Assembly: GCA_965368975.1 (NCBI GenBank)
Contig: CBDUPA010000007.1
Location: 128,001 to 192,000 of the forward strand
Length of the DNA: 64,000 nt
Direction of reading: 5' to 3'
DNA from: an uncultured bacterium
GTDB lineage: Bacteria > Acidobacteriota > Thermoanaerobaculia > Multivoradales > JAHZIX01
Position 1 is the first letter of the stretch, and each line of letters opens with the position of its first letter. Below are positions 55,832 through 64,000 of this stretch, piece by piece. Below the pieces are notes generated by a model. The model was not told the origin of the DNA. It searched no databases and saw only the letters and a program-made list of their open reading frames with translations. Position numbers and translations under genes: made by a program.

Positions 55832-56595
55832 AGCTGCTGTGGTCGGCTGTGCGTGGTGAGTGGAGCAAGTGCCGCGGCACCGCGGTGCTGCCGCTGGTGG
55901 TGCTGGCGCCCTATGTCGTCGTGCTGCTGTTCGGGCTCTTCGCCTACTTCGAGGGTGAGCGTTTCCTGGGCACCGGCTCTGCCCGTGCCTGGGGCTGGCT
56001 CGCCGAGTCGGTTCTGACGACCTGGTGTCTCCTTCTGCTGCCGCTGGTCAGTGCTCTGCTGAGTGCCCTGCTGGCGGGTGTCGACCACCGGGCACAGGCC
56101 TTCAAGCATCTCTTCGCCCTGCCGGTCTCGCGGCCGGTGTTGCTCTGGGGCAAGCAGTTGACGGCCTGGTTGCTGCTGGCGGCGGCCTTTGGCCTGCTGG
56201 TGTCCGGCATCGTCATGGCCGGTTGGCTGCTGCGCTGGAGCCGCCCCGAGCTGGGCTTCGACGCGCCTGTCCCTTGGGTTCGTCTGAGTGGCTTTGCCCT
56301 CGGGGGCGCGCTGGCGGCTGGTTTCCTGAGCGCGCTGCAGACTTGGTTGGCGTTGCTGCGTCGCGACTTCGTGCCACCCGTTGTTCTGGGTTTTCTGGCC
56401 GTGGTTTCGATCTTGGTGCTCAACACTCTCGATCCCGCCTTGCTGGCCTACCATCCCTGGGCCTATCCGCTGGAGTTCAGCCGCGCCTTCCTACGCCAGC
56501 AGACCCCGATCGCCTGGCCTCTAGCCGGGGCTCTCGGTGGCCTACTGTTCAGCTGGCTCTCGGCCTTCGTCTTCGTGCGTCGTGACGTGCTCTGA
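55828..56595 (+). CDS. ABC transporter permease (LanE/G-like)
   Basis: Six TM; EWSK, FKHLFALPVSR, PWAYP, FVRRDV; ATGA overlap. Confidence 0.85.
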   Translation: MKLLWSAVRGEWSKCRGTAVLPLVVLAPYVVVLLFGLFAYFEGERFLGTGSARAWGWLAESVLTTWCLLLLPLVSALLSALLAGVDHRAQAFKHLFALPVSRPVLLWGKQLTAWLLLAAAFGLLVSGIVMAGWLLRWSRPELGFDAPVPWVRLSGFALGGALAAGFLSALQTWLALLRRDFVPPVVLGFLAVVSILVLNTLDPALLAYHPWAYPLEFSRAFLRQQTPIAWPLAGALGGLLFSWLSAFVFVRRDVL

Positions 56596-56731
56596 AGTGG
56601 TCTCCGATGACGGATCGCCGAGGGGCCGGGGGCGGTTGCACCGGAGTCTTTCCCGGCGCGCCGTTCGCGGTATGATCGAAGAGCGCTTGTTTGTCAGCCC
56701 CTCCCGCCCAGCTTGCAAGGAGCGCTCCTTG

Positions 56732-58171
56732 ATGTTGCGACTCGCTTCCCTTCTCAGTCTGGTCTTGCTTCTCGCGGCCCCCCTGTCCGTCACCCCAGTG
56801 GCCGTTACCCCAGTGGCCGCCACCCCAGCTGCTGCCGTGAGCGAAGACGTCACGGCTTTCGTCGATGTCACCGTACTCGACTTCGCCGCCCAGACGCCGG
56901 CTGCAGGGCGCCAGGGGGGGCAGACGGTGCTGGTTCGGGGACCGAGGATCGTCGCGGCCGGTCCGGCCGCGCAGATCGAGATCCCGGAGTCGGCGCGGCG
57001 TATCGATGGTCGGGGCAAGTTCCTGATGCCCGGTCTGGCCGACATGCACGTCCACTTCCAGGACACGGACAGCCTGTCGCTCTTCCTGGCCAACGGCATC
57101 ACCACGGTGCGCAATCTCTTTGGTCTACCGCTGCACCTGCGCCTGCGCACCGAGATCGAGCGTGGAGAGGTGCTGGGCCCGAGGATCTACACCGCGGGTC
57201 CCATTCTCGACGTGCTGCCCCCCGTGTGGCCGAATAGTGAGATCGTCGGCAGTGCCGAGGACGTCGAGCGCGCGGTGCGTGCGCACCATGCCGCCGGCTA
57301 CGACTTCATCAAGCTCTATCCGCGCTTCACCGCCGAGATGTACCAGGCTGCGATCAAGACGGCCAAAGAGGTGGGCATTTCGGTGATTGGGCACAACCAA
57401 TACGGCCTACCCTTCGACGAAGTGCTGATGCACCAGCAGAGCCTGGAACACCTCGACGGCTACAGCCGTGCCTTGCTGCCCGACACCGAACAGCTCGGTG
57501 GTCTCGACTTTGGCAGCCGGCAGCGCGCCTGGGTCGACATGGACCCCGAGAAACTGGCGGCGATTGTCGAGACGACGGTCGAGGCGGGCATCTGGAACTG
57601 CCCGACGCTCACCGTCCTGCACGAGGTTCGTGCCACAGAGGACGAAGCCGACGCTCGTCTGCAGCGTCCCGAGATGCGCTACCTGCCACCGACGTTGCTG
57701 GAGTGGTGGAAGGGCACCGCGGTGGTACCCGCCGAGCAAGCGCAGGCCTACCGTGCCGGGCACCCCTCGCGCCTACGGCTGGTCAGGGCACTCTACGATG
57801 CCGGTGCGCCGCTGCTGGTCGGCACCGACACGCCGAATCCTTTCGTCGTCCCCGGCTTCAGCATCCACCAGGAACTCGCCTACTTCGTCGATGCTGGTCT
57901 CACGCCGCTCGAAACTCTGCGTATCGCTACCCTCGGCGCTGCCGACTACCTGGACGCCGAGCAAGAGTTCGGCCGCGTTGCCGTCGGCCTGGCCGCCGAC
58001 CTGCTGCTGCTCGAGGCCGATCCGCTCACCGATGTCGGCAACCTGCGCGAGCCTGCTGGTGTCATGGTGCACGGAACGTGGCTACCGTCGACCGAGCTGG
58101 AACGGATGCTCCAGGCGGTGGCGTCGAAGTACGCGAAGACACCGGTAGCGGTTGGCTCGCCGGGTAGCTAA
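56732..58171 (+). CDS. Secreted amidohydrolase-family protein
   Basis: Signal peptide; IDGRGKFLMPGLADMHVH, NGITTVR, FIKLY, GTD, ADLLLL; VTPVA 15-bp repeats at 56789-56830. Confidence 0.88.
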   Translation: MLRLASLLSLVLLLAAPLSVTPVAVTPVAATPAAAVSEDVTAFVDVTVLDFAAQTPAAGRQGGQTVLVRGPRIVAAGPAAQIEIPESARRIDGRGKFLMPGLADMHVHFQDTDSLSLFLANGITTVRNLFGLPLHLRLRTEIERGEVLGPRIYTAGPILDVLPPVWPNSEIVGSAEDVERAVRAHHAAGYDFIKLYPRFTAEMYQAAIKTAKEVGISVIGHNQYGLPFDEVLMHQQSLEHLDGYSRALLPDTEQLGGLDFGSRQRAWVDMDPEKLAAIVETTVEAGIWNCPTLTVLHEVRATEDEADARLQRPEMRYLPPTLLEWWKGTAVVPAEQAQAYRAGHPSRLRLVRALYDAGAPLLVGTDTPNPFVVPGFSIHQELAYFVDAGLTPLETLRIATLGAADYLDAEQEFGRVAVGLAADLLLLEADPLTDVGNLREPAGVMVHGTWLPSTELERMLQAVASKYAKTPVAVGSPGS

Positions 58172-58180
58172 ACTCGCGAC

Positions 58181-60472
58181 ATGTCATCGGAGACCACTCC
58201 GTCAAATGCCGCGGATCGCGGCGATGCGCCTGAGCAAGTGGGGCCCTATCGCATCGAGACGCGTCTCGGTCGCGGTGGGATGGGAGAGGTCTACCGCGGT
58301 TGGGATGATCGTCTGCAGCGGTCGGTAGCGCTCAAACGGGTGCATCCGGAGCGCACGGATGTCGAGGCCGCGCGGATGCGTTTTCGCCGCGAGGCGCAGG
58401 CGGTGGCGCGCATCCAGCATCCGGCCGTCGTGCAGGTGCACGATTGGGTCGAACACGAGAGCGGCGACTGGTTCGTCATGGAACTGGTGCAGGGGCAGCC
58501 GCTACGAGACTTGTTGGCAGCCGGGCCGCTGTCGTGGCAGCGCGTGTTGGACATCGGTCGCGAGGTGGCGTCGGCACTGGCGGCGGCGCATGAGCGAGGC
58601 CTGGTGCACCGGGATCTCAAGCTCGACAACGTCATGCTCAGTCAGAGCGGCCAGGTGAAGGTGCTCGACTTCGGCCTGGTCAAGGAGGTGACCGCGTCGG
58701 CGTCGTCGTGGCACGAGGTGTCGACGCTCGTGCCGACGCTGACCCAGCACGGTCAGATCTTGGGTACGGTGTCGACCATGGCGCCGGAGCAGGCCATGGG
58801 CGGCGAAATCGATCCCCGGACGGATCTCTTCGCGCTCGGCGTACTGCTCTACGAACTGGTCACCGGCGGGCCGCCGTTCACCGGCCCGGACGCTCTGACG
58901 GTGCTCAACCGTGTCTGTGTCCAGCAGCAGGTGCCGGCGCACGAAGTGGTAGCGACGGTTCCGGAGGACCTATCGCGGCTGATCGATGCCTTGCTCGAGA
59001 AGGAGCCGGCCCGGCGGCCGGAGAGCACCGGAGTCGTGCTTGCGGAGTTGCAGCGGCTGCGGGCCAGTGGAGCCGAAGGAGCAGGAGAGCGTGCCCTCCC
59101 GGTCGCAGGGGTCGAAGAACCCGCCAAGCCGGTTGTTTCGTGGCACCGCAAGCTCGGCTGGGGGGCCTTGCTGGTGAGTCTCGCCGTCATCTCGACGCTG
59201 GCTTACTCCGTCTTCCTGGCTGGCGAAGGTACACCAGGTGCGACGTCCGGCAGAAGGTCTGCGGTCGCTGCAGCGCCGACGGAGGACGGCTCCGTAGACG
59301 ACCTGTACCGTCATGGCATGGCTCTGCTCGACGCCTATGATGCCGAAGGTCACGTCGAGGCGGCCGTCGAGACCTTCCAGCGTTTGCTCGACCGTGAGCC
59401 GGACTCGGCCCCGGGGCACGCCGGACTGGCGTTGGCGTACTGGCACCTGTCCGTGGGTTCGAGTCAGGATCCGGTGTGGGTGGAGCAGGCGCGTACGATG
59501 GCCGAGCGTGCGGTGCACCTGGACCCTTTCCTGGCCGCGGGGCATCTGGCCCTAGGGCGAGTTTACGGTCGGCTTGGGCGTTTCAAGAACGCCACCGAGG
59601 AATTGCAGCAGGCTGCGCGTCTGGAACCCGGTAGTGCACGCGTCCAGGTGGCGTTGGGCAAGCTGGCGCAGTTGCAGCAGCAGTTCCCGGCCGCGTCCGT
59701 GGCCTACGAGCACGCGCTGGAGCTGCAGCCGACCCACCGGGAAGCGCTGGCGGCGCTGGGTATGCTGAGCCAGCAGACTGGCGATCTCGGCCAGGCAGCG
59801 AACTACTTCCAGCGCCTGATCGAGGTGGCGCCGGACGGCGTTACGGGCTATCGCAACCTGAGTGCGATTTACTATTTGCAGGGCCAGCTCGGCGCTGCCG
59901 CCGACACCCTGCAGAGAGCTCTGGAAGTCGAGCCTCGGGCCAGCCTCTACAGCAACCTTGGGACCCTCTTTTTCGCGCAGGGTCTCTACCCACAAGCGGC
60001 GGACGCCTTCGCCCAGGCGCTGGAGCTGCCCGGCGGCAGTCACAGCTACCGGATCTGGGGCAATCTTGGAGACGCTTACCGTTGGATTCCAGATCACGAG
60101 GTCGACGCTCAGGCGGCATACCTACGGGCGATTCAACTCGCGTCGCGCACCTTGGCGGCACGTCCCGACGCGCTGGCGGTGCGCAGTCGGCTGGCGCTGT
60201 ACAGGGCCAAGCGGGGGGACTGTGCCGGCGCTGAGGCCGAGCTGGAGCGCCTGCCGGAGAGTGCCGTTGCTTCGGTCTACTTTCGCCGAGCGGTGGTCCG
60301 CGAGCTGTGTGCCGATCGGGTCGCGGCTCTGGCGCAGTTGGCGGCAGCCTTGAGCGGTGGCTATCCGCTCACCGATGTCGAGCGTGATCCAGAGTTGCTG
60401 AAGCTGCGCGCCGACGTTCGGTTTCACCACCTGATGATGGAGTTCACGGCGCTCCCGGCACCCGCGTCATGA
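58181..60472 (+). CDS. Hanks-type Ser/Thr kinase with TM helix and extracytoplasmic TPRs
   Basis: GRGGMG, VALK, HRDLKLDN, DFG, MAPEQ; TM LGWGALLVSLAVISTLAYSVF; TPR repeats. Confidence 0.93.
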   Translation: MSSETTPSNAADRGDAPEQVGPYRIETRLGRGGMGEVYRGWDDRLQRSVALKRVHPERTDVEAARMRFRREAQAVARIQHPAVVQVHDWVEHESGDWFVMELVQGQPLRDLLAAGPLSWQRVLDIGREVASALAAAHERGLVHRDLKLDNVMLSQSGQVKVLDFGLVKEVTASASSWHEVSTLVPTLTQHGQILGTVSTMAPEQAMGGEIDPRTDLFALGVLLYELVTGGPPFTGPDALTVLNRVCVQQQVPAHEVVATVPEDLSRLIDALLEKEPARRPESTGVVLAELQRLRASGAEGAGERALPVAGVEEPAKPVVSWHRKLGWGALLVSLAVISTLAYSVFLAGEGTPGATSGRRSAVAAAPTEDGSVDDLYRHGMALLDAYDAEGHVEAAVETFQRLLDREPDSAPGHAGLALAYWHLSVGSSQDPVWVEQARTMAERAVHLDPFLAAGHLALGRVYGRLGRFKNATEELQQAARLEPGSARVQVALGKLAQLQQQFPAASVAYEHALELQPTHREALAALGMLSQQTGDLGQAANYFQRLIEVAPDGVTGYRNLSAIYYLQGQLGAAADTLQRALEVEPRASLYSNLGTLFFAQGLYPQAADAFAQALELPGGSHSYRIWGNLGDAYRWIPDHEVDAQAAYLRAIQLASRTLAARPDALAVRSRLALYRAKRGDCAGAEAELERLPESAVASVYFRRAVVRELCADRVAALAQLAAALSGGYPLTDVERDPELLKLRADVRFHHLMMEFTALPAPAS

Positions 60473-62196
60473 ACCTCGATGAGACGACCCGCGACGCGCT
60501 CGCCTCGCGCACCACTATGGGCGATGGCAGCACGCTGGCACCGATGTCGGTGCGCGTGCCCTGCTTGACCCTGCTGGCGCATCCCGACCCTGGGCGTGTC
60601 GGTGAGCAGGCGCCGTTGCCTGCGCTGTCGGTGGGACGTTCGCTCTACCTCTCGCGCGCCGAGCCGAGTTTCCTGCAGCCATCGTCCACCGCCGGTACGC
60701 CGCGAGCGCTGGAAGATCCTCACCTCAGCCGCAAGCCGCTGGTGCTCGAAGCGACGGGCGAAGGGTGGCGCTTGTGCCGGGCTGGCAGCTCGACCCATAC
60801 CGAGGTCGACGGTCGAGCGCTGGTCGACGCGGTGGGCTTCAGCGCTGCCGATCTGGAACGCGGTGTCGTGCTCGAGCTGGGACGGCGCATCGTCCTGGTC
60901 TTGCATTTTCAGCATCCGACTCCCGTGGCGGTGCCGAAGTACGGCCTGGTCGGCGAGAGCAGCGCGATGGTCGAGGTACGGCTGGCCGTCCGGCAGCTGG
61001 CGTCGCTGCCGGCGTCGGTGCTGGTCCGCGGCGAGACCGGCACCGGCAAGGAACTGGTGGCGCGGGCGCTGCACGCGGCCGGTGAGCGTCGACGCCAGCC
61101 GTATCTGAGCGTCAACCTGGCGGCGGTACCGTCGCAGCTGGCGGCGGCGCAGCTGTTCGGCGCCCGCAAGGGAGCCTACACCGGTGCCGACCGGGATCAA
61201 GACGGCTACTTCCGGCGCGCCCATCTCGGCACGCTCTTCCTGGATGAAGTCGGGGAGACGCCTGCCGACGTCCAGGCGCTGCTCCTGCGCGCTCTGGAGA
61301 GTGGCGAGATCCAACCGGTGGGCAGCACCGAGACGCGGCAGGTCGACGTGCGCGTGGTCACGGCCACCGATGCGGACCTGGAAGCCGCCATCGCTGCCGG
61401 CGACTTTCGAGCGCCGCTGCTCCATCGCCTGGCAGGCTTCGAGATCCGCCTGCCACCGCTGCGCGACCGGCGTAGCGACCTCGGCCGGCTATTGATGCAC
61501 TTCCTGGAAGAGGAGCTACGCACGCTCGGGACCCCGGAGCTGCTGGCGGCCGGCGCCGGCGGCAAGCCCTGGCCATCCTCGGTCCTGGTGGCGAGTCTGG
61601 CGCGCCACTCTTGGCCCGGAAATGTGCGAGAACTGCGCAATGCCGCCCGCCGGCTGGCGGCCCTCGGTCGAGGCACGGCCGGAGCCAGCGCGGTGAACCT
61701 GATGACACAGCTGCTCGGCCAGCGCACGCTCGTGCCGGATGGGCCGGGGGGCGAGGGTTCTGTGCGCGCTACGGCGGGAGGCGCCGTATCTGTGGAAGCT
61801 ACATCTTCCGGAGAGCTGCCAGCTGGAAACGCGACCGCGCCACCGGCACGAAGGCGCCTGCGCAAGATCGAAGACGTCGGCCACGAGGAAATGCTGCAAG
61901 CGCTGCGTGATCATCAGTGGCAGGTCGCTCCGGCCGCGGCAGCGCTCGGTGTCTCGCGCGCGACTCTCTACCGGCTGATCGAGACGGTACCGGGGATCCG
62001 CAAGGCGGCTGAACTCGAGGCTGTGGAAATCGAGGCGGCTCTCGAACAGGCTGGCGGCGTCCTCGAAGCCGCCGCTGCCGCGCTCGAAGTTTCGCCGCAG
62101 GGACTCAAGCGCCGGCTGCGGGCTCTCGATCTGGCTGACGCCGGCCCTGGTCCGGGAACAGGGGCTCGTCGTCGCAGCCCTCGAAAGGACAGATGA
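60469..62196 (+). CDS. FHA-like + sigma54 AAA+ enhancer-binding protein with tandem HTHs
   Basis: DPHLSR FHA-like motif; GETGTGKE, GAYTGA, LFLDEVG, WPGNVREL; two HTH-like segments. Confidence 0.9.
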   Translation: MNLDETTRDALASRTTMGDGSTLAPMSVRVPCLTLLAHPDPGRVGEQAPLPALSVGRSLYLSRAEPSFLQPSSTAGTPRALEDPHLSRKPLVLEATGEGWRLCRAGSSTHTEVDGRALVDAVGFSAADLERGVVLELGRRIVLVLHFQHPTPVAVPKYGLVGESSAMVEVRLAVRQLASLPASVLVRGETGTGKELVARALHAAGERRRQPYLSVNLAAVPSQLAAAQLFGARKGAYTGADRDQDGYFRRAHLGTLFLDEVGETPADVQALLLRALESGEIQPVGSTETRQVDVRVVTATDADLEAAIAAGDFRAPLLHRLAGFEIRLPPLRDRRSDLGRLLMHFLEEELRTLGTPELLAAGAGGKPWPSSVLVASLARHSWPGNVRELRNAARRLAALGRGTAGASAVNLMTQLLGQRTLVPDGPGGEGSVRATAGGAVSVEATSSGELPAGNATAPPARRRLRKIEDVGHEEMLQALRDHQWQVAPAAAALGVSRATLYRLIETVPGIRKAAELEAVEIEAALEQAGGVLEAAAAALEVSPQGLKRRLRALDLADAGPGPGTGARRRSPRKDR

Positions 62197-62716
62197 GCAT
62201 TTCCGGGTCCGGCAGGTGGAAGCGCCGCTCGCGCCCGCTCTTGTCTCGGGCTGTGAAGCGCGCTTGGAAAGCGTAATTGCCCGAGCGAACCAGCTGGAAG
62301 AGGTTCTGCCTGTCTTGGAAGACCAGGAAGAGCTTCCCTCGCCGGCCAACCATGGGGTCCAACCGGATATTCTCGCTGTGAGTGTGCACCGACTTCAGGT
62401 CGGCGTCGAAGGGCGCCTGGTGTGTCGGCTCCTTGGCTTTCGAGGAAAACACCAGCTGCACATGGCTGATGGTCTCGGTGGGAAATCCTGGCGTCACATC
62501 GAGGATCGAGAAGGTGAAGTAATCGCCCACGTGAGCCGGGGCGATCTGGCCCTGGTGTAGCAGAGCAGGGGCGTTTCTGGAGCCGAAATACCAGCCGACT
62601 GGGTAGCAGGCTTCGATCCCATCGCCGTCCTCGAGGCCCCTGGCCTTGGAATTCCAGTCGATGGTGAGAACCCAGCGGAAGGTCTCTGGCGGTCGAGTCG
62701 CGTTGTGGGCTGTCAT
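62105..62716 (-). CDS. Hypothetical beta-rich protein
   Basis: RBS AGGAGA; aromatic/beta-rich sequence ending ...FHLPDPEMLIC; 3' end overlaps the activator gene by 92 bp. Confidence 0.6.
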   Translation of the reverse strand: MTAHNATRPPETFRWVLTIDWNSKARGLEDGDGIEACYPVGWYFGSRNAPALLHQGQIAPAHVGDYFTFSILDVTPGFPTETISHVQLVFSSKAKEPTHQAPFDADLKSVHTHSENIRLDPMVGRRGKLFLVFQDRQNLFQLVRSGNYAFQARFTARDKSGRERRFHLPDPEMLICPFEGCDDEPLFPDQGRRQPDREPAAGA

Positions 62717-62758
62717 TCACTGTCTCCTGTGGACACCGTGCGGCGGCCGCCGAGCCAC

Positions 62759-63757
62759 TCAGTATTGCAGCAGCACTGCCGCCCAGTGGAAGCCGGCGCC
62801 GAAGGAAGTGCACAGTACCAGGTCGCCGGGCTTGACGCGGCCTTGACGCCTTGCTTCCCACAGCGCGATGGGCACGGATGCCGAGCCGGTATTGCCGACA
62901 TCCTGAATGTTGATCGCCACTTTCTCGGGCGCGATGCCGAGCTTCTGGCCGACTGCCTGGATGATGCGCAGGTTGGCCTGGTGGGGCACAAAGAGGTCGA
63001 CCTCGTCGAGGCTCTTGCCGGCCTGTTCGAGCACCTGCTGCGAGGCGGCGGTCATGCGACTGACGGCTTCCTTGAACAGTTCGCGGCCTTTCATGACCGC
63101 CTTCTCGTGCAGCCCCTGGGCCACCAATTCGGCGGTGATGCGGTGGCGCGTGCCGCCGACGGGGACGGCGAGGATGTCGGCTTTGCTGCCATCGGTGCCG
63201 GCGAGAGCACCGAGGATCTCGGCGGCACCTTCACGGCGGCCGACGATAGCGGCGCCAGCACCGTCGCCGAACAGGACATCGGTGTGACGGTCCTTCCAGC
63301 TCAGCCACTTGGTGAGCGCTTCGGCGCCGATCACCAGCACCAGACCGCCATGCAGCAGGATGCGAGCGCGAGCGACGTCGAGGGCGAGCAGGAAGCCGGC
63401 GCAGCCGCTGCCGGCGAGATCGAAGGCGGGGATCTCGCGGGCGCCGAGTTCGTGCTGGACGAAAGCGGCGGTGTCTGGCGCCGGCATCTCCGGCGTATCG
63501 GTGGCGACGATGATCTCGTCGAGATCCTGGGCGCTGAGGCCGGCGTCGTCGAGGGCGCTGCGGGCTGCTTCTAGGGCCAGTTCGAGCGTGCTCTGATCCT
63601 CGGCGATGATGTGCCGGCGCTTGATGCCGGTACGGCTGGTGATCCACTCGTCGGAGGTGTCGACGTGCTCGGCCCACTCGTCGTTGGTCATCACGCGTTC
63701 GGGCAGGTAGGCGCCCAGGCCTATCAGGCCAATGGGATGCTGCGGCTCTGGTTGCAT
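62759..63757 (-). CDS. fabH: 3-oxoacyl-ACP synthase III
   Basis: DTSDEWITSRTGI, GCAGF (Cys), FGDGAGA, PHQAN (His), GNTGSAS (Asn), FGAGF. Confidence 0.93.
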   Translation of the reverse strand: MQPEPQHPIGLIGLGAYLPERVMTNDEWAEHVDTSDEWITSRTGIKRRHIIAEDQSTLELALEAARSALDDAGLSAQDLDEIIVATDTPEMPAPDTAAFVQHELGAREIPAFDLAGSGCAGFLLALDVARARILLHGGLVLVIGAEALTKWLSWKDRHTDVLFGDGAGAAIVGRREGAAEILGALAGTDGSKADILAVPVGGTRHRITAELVAQGLHEKAVMKGRELFKEAVSRMTAASQQVLEQAGKSLDEVDLFVPHQANLRIIQAVGQKLGIAPEKVAINIQDVGNTGSASVPIALWEARRQGRVKPGDLVLCTSFGAGFHWAAVLLQY

Positions 63758-64000
63758 GGGGGGCTCCGCTTGCGGTCGAGGTCGGTCGGACGCTGTCGTG
63801 ACCATCAACATAGCAGACGGATCGTAGCTCCCTGGCGGGTAGAGGTCGGATCTGACAAAGGGCAGACAGTCGTCGACCCCTGGATCGATGCGACGCGCGG
63901 CGGCAGCCAGCCGGAAGAGATGAGAGCGACCGCGCGGCCGCTCGTGGCGTGATCGCGGATCGTGCTCTGCAGGCTGGTCAGGGGCGGTCCTTCGATCTCG

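Overview
High-GC bacterial chromosomal window. The VWA, kinase-TPR, FHA-bEBP and CHAT gene repertoire suggests Acidobacteriota (Thermoanaerobaculia-like) or a myxobacterium-like organism; this is inference only. Housekeeping genes (tRNA-Lys, rlmD, gdhA, fabH, an archaeal-type GAPDH, a solute symporter, an SPFH pair) are interspersed with many accessory loci. (1) A microviridin-type graspetide cluster whose three short precursors (4614-5287) are absent from the ORF track, followed by two ATP-grasp ligases. (2) An ECF sigma / anti-sigma / TPR-CHAT / subtilase module. (3) An orphan double-glycine RiPP-like precursor (29600-29764) divergent from a three-gene operon (30067-33186) with a near-consensus sigma54 promoter. 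By eye, its products combine a hydrophobic hairpin with actinoporin-like domains, making this a candidate undescribed multi-component pore-forming toxin. (4) Four tandem M43 metalloproteases. (5) A fusion of a RiPP E1/ThiF-like domain to a flavin-dependent Trp halogenase. (6) A thaumatin-like gene flanked by a degenerate direct repeat. (7) A Ser/Thr kinase coupled to an FHA-sigma54 activator. A partial higB at the left edge and a brnTA pair are also present. No CRISPR array, integrase or transposase was seen. All family calls come from motif recognition by eye, not database searches.
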